Shown: positions 20,275 through 30,970, numbered from the stretch's first letter. The stretch is 64,000 bases of DNA from an uncultured Bacillota bacterium (GCA_963823655.1 CAWGMK010000006.1:64001-128000); one strand, 5' to 3'. The notes: generated by a model from the sequence alone, not told the origin. A program made the numbers and translations.

Positions 20275-21654
20275 ATGCGAAACAGGGCGGATTACGCTGA
20301 GCCTTTCCGTATTAAGACTATCGAGCCGATAAAGATGACGACGAGAGAGTACAGGGCAAAGAAGATAGCAGAGGCGAAATATAACCTCTTCGGACTAGAT
20401 TCAGATGACGTCTACATCGATTTGCTGACGGATTCCGGAACGGGCGCAATGAGCGACGCGCAATGGGCGGCGATCATGACGGGGGACGAAGCGTACGCCG
20501 GAAGCAGGAGCTATATTAAGCTGCGCGAATCTGTCAGGCATGTCTTCGGCTACGAGCACATGCTTCCTGTCCATCAGGGCAGGGGGGCAGAGCAGGTTTT
20601 CATGGCCATGATGGTCAAACCGGGCGATATAATACCCGGCAACATGCACTTCGATACGACCATCGGGCACATACTGCTCAAAGGGGGAGTGCCCCTTGAC
20701 CTGGTCGCGGCGAAGGGGTACGAGATCGAAAGCGACGATCCCTTCAAGGGCGACATAGACCTTGTCGAGCTTGAAAGGACATTATCTGAACAGGGCGAAA
20801 AGGTCCCGTTCGTATTGATGACGATAACGTGCAACTCAAACGGCGGTCAGCCGGTATCGATGGCCAACATAAAGGAGGCTTCGAGGCTGTGCCGCAAATA
20901 TGGGAAGCCGATGTTCTTCGACTGCGCCAGGTTTGCCGAGAACTCCTGCTTCATAAAGATGAGAGAGGTTGGCTATTCCGGGAAATCCATACTTGAGATC
21001 GCCCGCGAGACGTTCGGCTACGGTGACGGCTGCATGATGAGCTCCAAGAAAGACGGGCTGGTCAACATAGGCGGCCTCCTTTGCTTCAGGGATGAGGCAT
21101 TGTACAAGAGGGCTTGGGAATATGAGATACCCTATGAGGGGTTCATTACATACGGAGGCATGGCCGGAAGGGATATGGCAGCCCTTGCGCAGGGCCTTTT
21201 GGAAGTGGTCGAGTTCGACTATCTCGAAGACAGGCTTGGGCAGGTGGCCTACCTAGCCGGAATGCTCAAGGACAGAGGAGTCCCGATAATCATGCCCCCT
21301 GGCGGGCACGGAGTCTTCGTCGATGCCAAAGCATTCCTCCCTCACATACCCCAGACCCAGTTCCCGGCTCAGGCTTTGGGCGTTGAGCTGTATATCGAGG
21401 CGGGCGTACGGGGCGTTGAGCTGGGCAGTTGCGCATTCGGGCACAAAGATCCCGTAACCGGGGAAGAAGTACCGCACAAACTGGAACTATTGAGGCTTGC
21501 CATCCCCAGAAGGACCTATACCGACAGGCATATGGCGCTCGTCGCCAGGGCTTTCGAAGGTATTGCCGCAAGGAAGGACAAGATCAAAGGATATAGGATC
21601 AGCTGGCAGGCTGAGGTGCTGAGACACTTCACAGCCAAGTTCGAAATCGCATAG
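20275..21654 (+). CDS. tnaA: Tryptophanase (tyrosine phenol-lyase not excluded)
   Basis: AEPFRIK, DLLTDSGT, GDEAYAGSRS, HQGRGAE, PLP-Lys in MSSKKDGLVNIGG, RLAIPRRTYT, LRHFTAKF. Confidence 0.85.
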   Translation: MRNRADYAEPFRIKTIEPIKMTTREYRAKKIAEAKYNLFGLDSDDVYIDLLTDSGTGAMSDAQWAAIMTGDEAYAGSRSYIKLRESVRHVFGYEHMLPVHQGRGAEQVFMAMMVKPGDIIPGNMHFDTTIGHILLKGGVPLDLVAAKGYEIESDDPFKGDIDLVELERTLSEQGEKVPFVLMTITCNSNGGQPVSMANIKEASRLCRKYGKPMFFDCARFAENSCFIKMREVGYSGKSILEIARETFGYGDGCMMSSKKDGLVNIGGLLCFRDEALYKRAWEYEIPYEGFITYGGMAGRDMAALAQGLLEVVEFDYLEDRLGQVAYLAGMLKDRGVPIIMPPGGHGVFVDAKAFLPHIPQTQFPAQALGVELYIEAGVRGVELGSCAFGHKDPVTGEEVPHKLELLRLAIPRRTYTDRHMALVARAFEGIAARKDKIKGYRISWQAEVLRHFTAKFEIA

Positions 21655-21686
21655 GAAAGTGTACTCACAAAAATATCATAAATTGC

Positions 21687-21711
21687 AGGATTTCCGGGGC
21701 CGGCAAAGAAT
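21687..21711 (+). promoter_or_regulatory. sigmaH-like promoter
   Basis: GCAGGA-N17-GAAT then TACATAAT. Confidence 0.6.
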
Positions 21712-21758
21712 TACATAATGATACGCCCAGTATTATTTTGGGAAGGCAGGCGGAACCA

Positions 21759-23300
21759 ATGAGGAAAGTATTGCTTATTGCGCTGGCGGTAATGCTGGCT
21801 ATAGGCCTTACCGGATGCACATTAAACATCTTGCCGGCGGCGACGCTGCAAGGGCTGATTGAATTCGAGGGGCACATCGTCGCTCCCAACGTCAAGATAA
21901 CGCTGACTCCGGCCTCTGATGCGGGTACTTCGTGGATTGGCTATTCCGACGCATCAGGCAACTGGACCACCGGAAGGACGATAAGGCCTGAGGCATATGA
22001 GATCAAGTTCGAGCATGACGACGCCGACGAAGCGGTGATCATGAGCTATGTTGTCTCACTTCCCTTCAAGACCTATACCATTACCTGATGTTACACTGCC
22101 GTACTCAGCTTCGTCAGTGACCGGCATCAGCGCCTCCGGTACTGCAATCTGGGATCACGACGGAAACCCAGCCACTGCGATGGTGCCGCTTCTTGGCGTG
22201 CTCATCACCCTGGACGGGCCATCGGTGAAGAACGCATATACGGATGCCACCGGCGCATGGAAGATAAACAACCTTACGCAGGGTGAATATGATGTAGACG
22301 GCGAGAAGGATGGCTGGGCTACTGCGTCATTCAGCGGCTTGGATATAACGGGGGCATTGCCAGTTGTGTTACCGCCTCTTGTCATGATCCAGGACAAGGT
22401 GGATGTAGAAGGTTATGTATTACGAAGATGACGGAACGACACCGATAGTAGGGGCCAACGTCACTCTAACGCCCAAATATGGTGCTTACTCAATCCTTTA
22501 TGCAATTACCGACGCTTCGGGCTATTGGTACTTCAACAATATAAAAGCCGGAATGTATGCGGTGAAGGCTGAGAAGGCCGGATACGTGGCGCAGACGCGC
22601 GACCTGGACGCGATGGATTCTACCATTACGACTACGATAGCTGCGGAAGACATACTTCTTCCCGGCGATGTGGTCGGCGTGGCAGGCGCTTACGGAGAGG
22701 TAATGTGGGATCAGGATGCTGATCCGTCTACGCTTGAACCTCTAGAGGATGTGAAAGTAAGCTTCAAGCCGGACGGCGGAGAGCTGCCCGATAAGGATTA
22801 CCTTCACTGAAAGCGATGGAAGCTGGGCCGTTGCTGATTTGCCGCTTGGCTTGTACACTGTGAGCTTCGAGAAGTACGGAATGGCGACTGTGGAGCTTTC
22901 GCTGAACGCTTCTGCAGAGCTTGTTTATGAAATGGATCAGGTGGTTATGATACCTGGCCTCACGACGGAGCCTATTTCGTTGACAGGAAAAGTATATAAT
23001 ACTATCCGGTTTCCCGATAATAAGTGCAGGGTTGAGTTTGTGCCGTACTTCGATTGGGGTTACACAAGGACAATTTATACAAATGAAGAGGGCATATTCA
23101 CAATACCTAGCATGATAGCAGGTATGTACAGACATGACGATTTCGAAAGTCACCTATATACGAAACGGCATCAATTCGATGTTGACCTTTCAGTTGGCGG
23201 CGTCTCCTACGATATCGGAGTATTCGAGCTTGAACAGGATCTAGGTAGAACGGGCTTTGCAGCCGGCGGCATCAACCGCCGGCTTTTTTTATGCCCATAG
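21759..23300 (+). CDS. Lipoprotein with about 5 carboxypeptidase-regulatory/Cna-B-like repeats; several frameshifts, true stop probably near 23250
   Basis: Lipobox LTGC; repeated TDATGAWKINNLTQGEYDV, TDASGYWYFNNIKAGMYAVKAEKAGY and TNEEGIFTIPSMIAGMY units over ORFs 21738, 22048, 22415 and 22839. Confidence 0.7.
23261..23290 (+). terminator. Intrinsic terminator
   Basis: AGCCGGCGG-CATCAA-CCGCCGGCT followed by a T-run. Confidence 0.8.
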
Positions 23301-23405
23301 CATGCCTTACCCATTATTTGGAACCATAGCTTTTCCTGCGCTGTTCTATTAGTGCCCCTTTTCCTTTATAATCTTTCTAGATACTTCAGACAGGAGGCGA
23401 AGCTC

Positions 23406-23807
23406 TTGCATCTATCGACCATAGACAAGCTCTGCTCAGGCTGCAGGGCATGCCAGCTGGCCTGCTCGATGACGAGGAGAAGAGAAGTAAATCCCAAGAG
23501 GTCCTTCATTAGGCCCGAAGGGAGATTTCCCGCACCTGGCGACTACATCGTAAAATACTGCAACCAATGCGGTGAATGCGCCAAAGTGTGTCCTACGAAC
23601 GCCATTACGCTCACCGGTGACATCTATGAGATAGACGAGGATCTTTGCATCCAATGCGGCGCGTGCGTGGCAGCGTGCCCCTACGACGTAATGCTTCTCC
23701 TGGATGGTGAGAAGGCTATGAAATGCAATTCCTGCGGTGCGTGCGTTAAGGCCTGCCCCAGGGGCGCGGTATATGATTCGGATACTTCGAAAGGAGGGCG
23801 CTACTGA
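23406..23807 (+). CDS. Poly-[4Fe-4S] ferredoxin (AOR electron-transfer subunit)
   Basis: Four CxxCxxCxxxC motifs; TTG start after AGGAGG. Confidence 0.88.
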   Translation: MHLSTIDKLCSGCRACQLACSMTRRREVNPKRSFIRPEGRFPAPGDYIVKYCNQCGECAKVCPTNAITLTGDIYEIDEDLCIQCGACVAACPYDVMLLLDGEKAMKCNSCGACVKACPRGAVYDSDTSKGGRY

Positions 23808-25657
23808 TGAACGGCTATGCAGGGTATGTGCTGAGAGTGAATCTAAAAACCCGTACTAGCAGCAAGGAAAAGCTTGATCCCGTGCTTGCCAAGCAGTTTA
23901 TCGGAGGCCGCGGTTTCGTCGACAAGGTGATTTTCGACGAAGTCCCGGTAGGCGCCGATCCGTTCGGGCCCAAGAACAAGGTGGCGATTGCGCCCGGTCC
24001 CATGAGCGGCATCTTCATGCCAGCTGCCGGCAAGGTGCAGTTCGGATCCCTCTCGCCTGCAACAGGCATGATAGGGGATTCCAACATGGGCGGCCATTTC
24101 GGCCCCGAGATCAAATATGCCGGCTATGACCTTTTGATTTTCGAAGACATTTCTGATTCACCCGTAGTGGTGGTCATTGATGACGATAAGGTTTCTTTCA
24201 AGGACGCGTCCCAATTATGGGGCAAGGGGTCATTCGAGGCGGAGGAGACGCTAAAGAAACAGCTGGGCGACTCTTTCCAGATAGCAAGCATAGGGCCTGC
24301 CGGCGAGAACAAGGTAGTTTTCGCATGCGTTAACCATGACTTCGGGCGACAGGCCGGAAGGACCGGAATCGGCGCCGTCCTCGGCTCCAAGAAGGTCAAG
24401 GCGATCGCTGTAAGAGGGAGCAAGAGCATACCGGTAGCAGACCCCGATGCAGTATGCAAGGTCGGCATGGACATGTTCCAGAAGTGCTTCGAAAAGCCCG
24501 GGCTTGCAGAGTGGACGCCACTAGGAACCGCCGGCGTTACGCCTTGGGTTAATGAAATCGGCGCATTCCCCACGAAGAACTTCCAGACCACCTATTTCGA
24601 CTCACACGAGAAGATAGGCGGCCAGGCGATGAGGGACAAAATCATCGTGACGGACAAGGGCTGCTTCTCCTGCCCGACGCCCTGTGGCAAGTACTCAAAG
24701 CTCAAGAAGGATGGCAAGGACGTTTACGTTGAGGGGCCCGAATATGAGACCATAGCTTTGGTGGGCGGCAACTGCATGCTCTCCGAGATAGAAGATGTCG
24801 CCTATGCCAATCGAGTTTGCGACGACCTCGGCCTGGATACTATATCGGGCGGCGCTGTCATCGCCTTCGCACTCGAGTGCTTCGACAAGGGCATCATAAC
24901 CAAAGAGCAGCTGGGCCGAGAAATCAAATGGGGAGACATCGACTCCTTCGAGTTTTTAGCAGGGATGATCGCTAAAAGGCAGGGCATGGGAGACCTTCTC
25001 GCAAACGGCGTGAGGGCAGCAGCCCTTGGGCTGGGCAAAGACAGCATACGCTTCGCAACCCAGGTGAAAGGGCTTGAGTGGAGCGGCTACGACGCCAGAT
25101 GGGCCCCTGCCATGATGATCTCATACATGACGGCAGATATCGGCGCCCATCACAACAGGTCATGGGCGATCACATTTGATGTGGCAAAGGGCCGAGATTC
25201 TTTGGACGGCAAGTCTAAAAGGGTAGTAGAGCTGCAAAGGATCAGGCCGGCGTTCGATCTGATAGGCTGCTGCAGGCTGCAGTGGGTAGAGATAGGCTTC
25301 GAGCTGGAGAACTACCATGCAATATTCGAAGCAGTCTTCGGAGAGAAGACCACATGGGCCGAGATTTACGTTGCGGCCGACCGGGTCTGGAACATGAACA
25401 GGGTGAGGGCGATGCTTGAAATCCCGGGCTTTGGCAGGCGCGACGACTATCCTCCTGCGAGATTCATGGAGGAGCCCGTGCCATCAGGACCGGCCAAGGG
25501 CAAGCTCGTAGACCGAGCCTCGTGCGACAGGCTGCTCGACGACTATTATGCAGAGCGCGGCTGGGACAAGGAAGGGCATCCCACAGAGGCCACTTTGAAG
25601 TCGCTCGGGCTGGATGACTGCGTAAAAGCCCTTAAGGCAAAGGGATTGATGCAATGA
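23807..25657 (+). CDS. aor: Aldehyde:ferredoxin oxidoreductase (tungstopterin family)
   Basis: GYAGYVLRVNL, AGRTGIGAVLGSKKVKAI, CFSCPTPC, GPEYET, DDLGLDTIS, YYAERGWD. Confidence 0.93.
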   Translation: MNGYAGYVLRVNLKTRTSSKEKLDPVLAKQFIGGRGFVDKVIFDEVPVGADPFGPKNKVAIAPGPMSGIFMPAAGKVQFGSLSPATGMIGDSNMGGHFGPEIKYAGYDLLIFEDISDSPVVVVIDDDKVSFKDASQLWGKGSFEAEETLKKQLGDSFQIASIGPAGENKVVFACVNHDFGRQAGRTGIGAVLGSKKVKAIAVRGSKSIPVADPDAVCKVGMDMFQKCFEKPGLAEWTPLGTAGVTPWVNEIGAFPTKNFQTTYFDSHEKIGGQAMRDKIIVTDKGCFSCPTPCGKYSKLKKDGKDVYVEGPEYETIALVGGNCMLSEIEDVAYANRVCDDLGLDTISGGAVIAFALECFDKGIITKEQLGREIKWGDIDSFEFLAGMIAKRQGMGDLLANGVRAAALGLGKDSIRFATQVKGLEWSGYDARWAPAMMISYMTADIGAHHNRSWAITFDVAKGRDSLDGKSKRVVELQRIRPAFDLIGCCRLQWVEIGFELENYHAIFEAVFGEKTTWAEIYVAADRVWNMNRVRAMLEIPGFGRRDDYPPARFMEEPVPSGPAKGKLVDRASCDRLLDDYYAERGWDKEGHPTEATLKSLGLDDCVKALKAKGLMQ

Positions 25658-25890
25658 GAATCAGCGTCAAGGTAATGGGCCACGCCGCGGAGTACTACCC
25701 GGCGGACAAACGTACCGCCTGGACGTATGAGGGGCACGAGGGAGAGAGCATTAAAGACATGCTCTCGAACTCCGGCATAAAAAGCGAACTAGTGATGAAT
25801 GTCGCCTGCAAAGGCAGAGTGATACCGAAGGACAGCAGGCTGGAAGACGGCATGGAGCTGATTTTGTTTACACCGGTATCCGGAGGTTGA
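25654..25890 (+). CDS. MoaD/ThiS-family sulfur carrier
   Basis: 78 aa, ubiquitin-like size, C-terminal PVSGG. Confidence 0.85.
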   Translation: MRISVKVMGHAAEYYPADKRTAWTYEGHEGESIKDMLSNSGIKSELVMNVACKGRVIPKDSRLEDGMELILFTPVSGG

Positions 25891-25943
25891 TTTTGCCCGA
25901 AACAAGAGCCGAAAAGGCAGCTACGAATATCGAAGGGATCCAG

Positions 25944-28286
25944 ATGGCCGCAACGGCTGCCCCGGGGTCCCTTCTTACCCATACCGAAGACGGCATAAAG
26001 TACAGGGGCTTTACTCTTGACCCGTTCCAGGCCCTGGCGATATCCCATATAGACCACGGAAGCTCCGTCATCGTCTCGGCACCTACTGGCGTGGGCAAGA
26101 CGCTCATCGCCGACTACCTGATCGAAAAGATGTTCAGGCAGGGCCACAGGGTGGTTTACACAGCACCGATCAAAGCCCTGTCGAACCAGAAGTTCAAGGA
26201 GTTCAAGAGGCTGCTGGGGCCCGAAAATGTGGGCATAGTCACCGGCGATGTTGTCATAAACTCGCTGGCCCCTGTGCTCATCATGACTACCGAGGTCTTC
26301 AGGAACATTCTGCATCTTTCGCCTCAGGATCTGACCGGCGTAACCCATGCGATCTTCGACGAGATCCATTACCTCGGAGATGAGGAGAGGGGAACAGTCT
26401 GGGAGGAGTCCATTATCTTCATGCCCGAGGATATGAGGCTGCTTGGCTTGTCCGCAACCATTCCGAATGCTTCTGAGCTCGCTGACTGGATTGCCTCGGT
26501 GAAGAAGCATGATGTGAAAGTTGTAAGGCATACAAAGAGGGCCGTGCCTCTTAAGCATATGGTCTTCGAGCGCGACTTCGGCGAGGGCACACTTGCCGAG
26601 TACTTCGACTTCAGGGCGAAGCAGGACGCTGAGGCAATGTCCCTCGGCCTTACTGACGAGCCCTTCGATGACGATGGGGTCCGGACAAGGAAGAAGCCCA
26701 CCACGCACAGGGACCTTGTAAGGCATCTGATCAAGCTGGACAGGCTGCCCTGCCTCTACTTCGTCTTCAGCCGTAAAGGGTGCGAGGAAAGGGCACAGGA
26801 TCTGATGCGAAGCATCGACCTTCTCGACAAGAAGGAAAAAGAGCTTGTGGACGAGGTTTTCGACAGGAAGCTTGAGGGGCTTGGCCTCGACTCGATGGCA
26901 AGCGTCCAGGCCATGAGAAGGTGCGCGAAGCGCGGTGTCGCTTGGCATCACGCAGGTCTTTTGCCGGCGCTCAAGGAGATTGTCGAGGAGCTTTTCGAAA
27001 CCAGGCTGGTAAAGGTGCTCTTTGCGACTGAGACGTTCGCCGTTGGCATAAACTTCCCGGTGCGCACAGTATGCTTCGATTCCATGCGCAAATTCACAGG
27101 TGTAGACTTCAGGCCGATGAGGATGCAGGAGTACTTCCAGATGGCAGGCAGGGCCGGGCGCCGCGGCATAGATACGCTCGGTTTCGTGTATGTGCTTCTA
27201 GATGCTGCAACCTTCAGGATGGATGATTATCCGAGCATCGACGAATCCAGGCTTGAGCCGCTAAGAAGCAGGTTCACGCTCTCCTACAACACAGCTTTGA
27301 ACCTGCTGGACGGACGTACTCCGGAGGAGATAGATACGGTCCTCAGGCACAATTTCGCAAGCTACCAGAACGACAACCAGAAAGCCTCCATTAGAGGCGA
27401 GCTGGACAAGCTCCGCACGTCCGACGAGGAGCTCATGGCGACCGCTTGCAAGGACTTCGGCACTGCATCATGCCCTGTATATCAGTCTATGCTCAAAGAA
27501 GAGCTGGCAGGCTCCATGAAGAAGATCAGGCGCGCAAGGAAGAACCAGAAGGAGAAGAAGGCGCAACTTCTGGCAAGAGTCCAGGACATCAGGGCGAAGC
27601 TTGCCGAGAAATCACCGATAGACTGCCCGAAGGGCAAGCGCAGGGACTGCAGGAACCTGCTTTCGAGAAGGACGGTCCTCTCATCCAAAGTCGACGAGCT
27701 GCAGGCGAGGCTTATGACAATGGCCCCTGACGAGAAGTTCGTTAAGGCCTTCGACAAGAGGATAAGGGTGCTTGAGGAGCTCGACTTCGTAGAGAAAAGG
27801 AAGCTTACGCCAAGAGGGCACATGGCTAAGGAGATACATACACAGGAGCTTTTGAGCACCGAGTTGGTCTTCTCGGGGATGCTGCATTCTGCCACGGTTC
27901 CAGAGGCCGTCTCGCTTCTCATCTGCGTAGATTACGAGCCCAGGCGGGGCGAAATGCCCGTCAGGAAAGTGCCCTTCGACATCAAGTACATATATGAGCT
28001 GATTGGGAGGATAGTCGAAATCGAGGAAAGGCACGTCGGGGCAAGCCAGATAAACTTCTTCACCGGGATGTCGGACCTTGCCTACAGATGGAGCAGCGGT
28101 GCTGAGTTTCCCGACCTTGTGAAGTCTTCAGGATACGCAGAGGGCGACATAGTCCATTCTTTCAGAAGGACGATTGACCTGATTAGGCAGATAAGGTCTG
28201 CTAATAGGGCGGACGAGCTGCTATCAGGCAAGCTCAAGGAGTGCATGAACAGCCTCGATAGGGGAGTCGTGGAAGTGGTCCTCTAG
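25944..28286 (+). CDS. Ski2/HelY-like SF2 DExH helicase
   Basis: APTGVGKT, PIKALSNQK, DEIH, LSAT, ATETFAVGINFP, QMAGRAGRRG, DSHCT-like C-terminus. Confidence 0.92.
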   Translation: MAATAAPGSLLTHTEDGIKYRGFTLDPFQALAISHIDHGSSVIVSAPTGVGKTLIADYLIEKMFRQGHRVVYTAPIKALSNQKFKEFKRLLGPENVGIVTGDVVINSLAPVLIMTTEVFRNILHLSPQDLTGVTHAIFDEIHYLGDEERGTVWEESIIFMPEDMRLLGLSATIPNASELADWIASVKKHDVKVVRHTKRAVPLKHMVFERDFGEGTLAEYFDFRAKQDAEAMSLGLTDEPFDDDGVRTRKKPTTHRDLVRHLIKLDRLPCLYFVFSRKGCEERAQDLMRSIDLLDKKEKELVDEVFDRKLEGLGLDSMASVQAMRRCAKRGVAWHHAGLLPALKEIVEELFETRLVKVLFATETFAVGINFPVRTVCFDSMRKFTGVDFRPMRMQEYFQMAGRAGRRGIDTLGFVYVLLDAATFRMDDYPSIDESRLEPLRSRFTLSYNTALNLLDGRTPEEIDTVLRHNFASYQNDNQKASIRGELDKLRTSDEELMATACKDFGTASCPVYQSMLKEELAGSMKKIRRARKNQKEKKAQLLARVQDIRAKLAEKSPIDCPKGKRRDCRNLLSRRTVLSSKVDELQARLMTMAPDEKFVKAFDKRIRVLEELDFVEKRKLTPRGHMAKEIHTQELLSTELVFSGMLHSATVPEAVSLLICVDYEPRRGEMPVRKVPFDIKYIYELIGRIVEIEERHVGASQINFFTGMSDLAYRWSSGAEFPDLVKSSGYAEGDIVHSFRRTIDLIRQIRSANRADELLSGKLKECMNSLDRGVVEVVL

Positions 28287-28314
28287 CTGGAAATACTTGA
28301 TATTGCGGTAAACT

Positions 28315-28341
28315 GCCCCCCGGGAAACGGGGGGCGTTCTT
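28315..28341 (+). terminator. Intrinsic terminator
   Basis: GCCCCCCG-GGAAA-CGGGGGGC followed by GTTCTT. Confidence 0.7.
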
Positions 28342-28367
28342 ATATATGAACATTGCGTTACAAATGG

Positions 28368-28392
28368 AGGAAATGCGAAAAACTCGGAGAAA
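28368..28392 (+). promoter_or_regulatory. sigmaH-like promoter
   Basis: AGGA-N17-GAAA. Confidence 0.5.
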
Positions 28393-28429
28393 TCATATTG
28401 TGTAAAAAATCTCTAAGGAGGGAAAATGT

Positions 28430-29014
28430 ATGGAAAACAAGATAGTACCCCGTTGGGAGTGGAGGACGTTCGGAGCTGACTTCCCGGCCGATGAGAAGAG
28501 GATCAAGACCTATGGCGAGCCTGCTCCAAGAAAGAGCGAGGAAGCCTACATACTTTCAAGGAACAGCAATGAAAACACCAAAATCAGGGAGGGCCTGATG
28601 GACATCAAGTCCTTGCAGGCCGTAAACGACGACAAGCTGGAGCAGTGGAAGCCGATTATGAAGGAGGCATTCCCTCTTAATCAGGAGAAGCTGCTGAAGC
28701 TGTTCGCCATCTTCAAAGCCGAGCCGCCGAAGTTCGCAAGAGCCGAGTATACCTATGAGCAGTTCCTGGACGAGCTGATAAAGCCCAACCGCGACTTGAA
28801 GGTCGTGGACGTGAAGAAGGAAAGGTACGGCTACACGATAAACGAGACGACAGTCGAGTTCGCCATGACTTGGTTTAACGGCGTCCCGCTTAAGACTTTC
28901 TGCGTGGAACACGCCGATCCGGCGCTTGTTATGAAAACCGTAAAGGAGCTAGGACTTGCGGGATACCCAAATATCAACTACATAAAGGCTATGAAGAAGA
29001 CAGTAGGCCTATAG
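28430..29014 (+). CDS. Conserved hypothetical protein, possibly CYTH/triphosphate-tunnel fold
   Basis: Strong RBS; VPRWEWRTFG start, KIR...DIK and VDVKKERYGY..TTVEF pattern; ends NINYIKAMK. Confidence 0.55.
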   Translation: MENKIVPRWEWRTFGADFPADEKRIKTYGEPAPRKSEEAYILSRNSNENTKIREGLMDIKSLQAVNDDKLEQWKPIMKEAFPLNQEKLLKLFAIFKAEPPKFARAEYTYEQFLDELIKPNRDLKVVDVKKERYGYTINETTVEFAMTWFNGVPLKTFCVEHADPALVMKTVKELGLAGYPNINYIKAMKKTVGL

Positions 29015-29040
29015 CTGGCATCTATTCAGGAGGTAACAAA

Positions 29041-29961
29041 ATGGACAGGAAGGCCGTCATAGATATCGGAACCAACTCTGTGAAGTTCATCCTTGCCGAG
29101 ATGGGCAAAGGCGGCCAGTTCAAGGCCGTAATGGACAAGAACAACATTGCAAAGCTAGGAGAAGGCTTGAAAGAGACCGGCCTTATCAGCCCGGAGGCTA
29201 TGAAAAGAAACTGCGATGCCATCAAGGAATTCGCGGATACAGCCAGGGCGGAGGGAGCAAAGGAGATCTTTGCCGTCGGAACGATGGCATTGAGGACTGC
29301 AAAGAACTCTGCCGAGTTCCTCGCGATGGTAAAGCATGCTGCCGATGTAAGCATCAGGATCATCCCGGGGGATGAGGAGGCCAGGTACTCATATCTGGCA
29401 GTCGTTTCCGGCATAGACCTTGGCCAGGGCAAGCTGGTCATAATTGACACAGGCGGAGGCAGCACGGAGTTCGTGTTCGGTGCCGGAGATGCGCTTGGCA
29501 GAAGGTTCAGCCTTGAGCTTGGCGCCATCAGGATTACCGAGGAATTCCTCAAAGCCGACCCTGTGGGCGTACATGGCATTGACCCTGCTATGAAGTACAT
29601 AGACAAGTACCTTGCGGACAACGGTGTCAATGAGAAGGCGGACAAGCTCGTAGGCATGGGCGGGGGCATAACAAGCATGGCTTCCGTGATGTTCAAAATG
29701 GTCGAATATGACCCAGACAAAGTACAGGGTTGCTTCCTAAGCCTTAAGGAAGTCGAAAAGCAGATCGCCGATTACAGCGTGAAGACCATAGAAGAGCGCA
29801 GAGGCATAGTCGGATTGCAACCTAAAAGGGCGGACGTCATATTGGCCAGCGCGCTCATAGTAAAGGCCATAATGGTGAGGCTTGGAGTAGACGGGCTTAC
29901 GGTAAGCGACAGGGGCCTAAGGCACGGCCTTCTTTACGATGTAGGCAAGGGCAGCAAATGA
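29041..29961 (+). CDS. ppx: Ppx/GppA phosphatase (short form)
   Basis: AVIDIGTNSVK, GDEEARYSY, DTGGGSTE, GLRHGLL. Confidence 0.9.
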   Translation: MDRKAVIDIGTNSVKFILAEMGKGGQFKAVMDKNNIAKLGEGLKETGLISPEAMKRNCDAIKEFADTARAEGAKEIFAVGTMALRTAKNSAEFLAMVKHAADVSIRIIPGDEEARYSYLAVVSGIDLGQGKLVIIDTGGGSTEFVFGAGDALGRRFSLELGAIRITEEFLKADPVGVHGIDPAMKYIDKYLADNGVNEKADKLVGMGGGITSMASVMFKMVEYDPDKVQGCFLSLKEVEKQIADYSVKTIEERRGIVGLQPKRADVILASALIVKAIMVRLGVDGLTVSDRGLRHGLLYDVGKGSK

Positions 29962-30004
29962 ATAAAAGGAGTTTTCCTATTTCAATATTGAGGGGGTTGT
30001 CTGG

Positions 30005-30970
30005 ATGAAAGTCAGAAAATTGGCGCTTCTCATGGTAATGGTTCTGGCATTCTCGTCGCTTGCCCTCGGGGTAAGTGCGGCAGATTTTCCGACGAAACCG
30101 ATTAGGATCGTAAACTACGTTGCGGCAGGCGGAGTCATGGACATAACGACCAGGAAGTTCGTCGAAGTCGCCGCCAAATATACTAAAGCCACATTTGTGG
30201 TCGAGAATAAGACCGGTGCCGGCGGGCTGATAGGCATGGAGTACGTTCTTGAAGCTCCAGCTGACGGCTATACCATATTCGCAGCGACTGGTTCTAACAT
30301 CATAAGCATCGTTTCCACACAGGCCGATGTTAACAAGTACGTCTGGGGTTTCCAGTGGGTATCAATGCTTATGAGAGACCCTGAATGCGTCATCACCAGC
30401 ACAAAGCAGACGATAAATACCATGGCAGACGTATTTAAGGACGGTATGGCCAAGAAGGGCAATCAGATATGGGTTGGCCCCTCGACCGGCGGCAATGACC
30501 ATCTAGTAGCCCTCAAGATTTGGGATAAGGCCGGAATGAAGGCAAAGTGGGTGCCATTCGAGAGCGGACCGGCGGCGATGGTAGCGCTCATGGGAGGCCA
30601 GGGTGTTGCATATGTAGGAAACCCCGCTGATATTTCGGGAAGGCCCGATCTGAAGATTGCGGCGGTATGTGCGCCAGCAAGGCTGAAGCAGTTCCCGGAT
30701 GTCCCGACTTTCAAGGAACTGGGCATAGAAGGCCTTGAGGATGAGATCATGTGGAGAGGTTATGCGGTCAAGAAGGGAACGCCGAAAGAGGCCATAACAT
30801 GGCTGCAGGATCTTGTGGACAAGGTATATGCGGACCCGGAGTGGGTGAAGTTCTTCTACGACCAGGCGATAGACGTCACAAATTACAGGGAAGATCGCTT
30901 CACCAACATAATCAAGATGAACATATCGGACTCCACTGCCTACTTGAAGGCTGAGGGCCTGATAAAGTAG
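30005..30970 (+). CDS. tctC: Tripartite tricarboxylate transporter binding protein
   Basis: FPTKPIRI, VENKTGAGG, PADGYTI, PDVPTFKELG. Confidence 0.9.
   Translation: MKVRKLALLMVMVLAFSSLALGVSAADFPTKPIRIVNYVAAGGVMDITTRKFVEVAAKYTKATFVVENKTGAGGLIGMEYVLEAPADGYTIFAATGSNIISIVSTQADVNKYVWGFQWVSMLMRDPECVITSTKQTINTMADVFKDGMAKKGNQIWVGPSTGGNDHLVALKIWDKAGMKAKWVPFESGPAAMVALMGGQGVAYVGNPADISGRPDLKIAAVCAPARLKQFPDVPTFKELGIEGLEDEIMWRGYAVKKGTPKEAITWLQDLVDKVYADPEWVKFFYDQAIDVTNYREDRFTNIIKMNISDSTAYLKAEGLIK

Noticed and set aside
25695-26951. 418-aa minus-strand ORF
   Set aside because: Antisense to the helicase; expected from codon bias.
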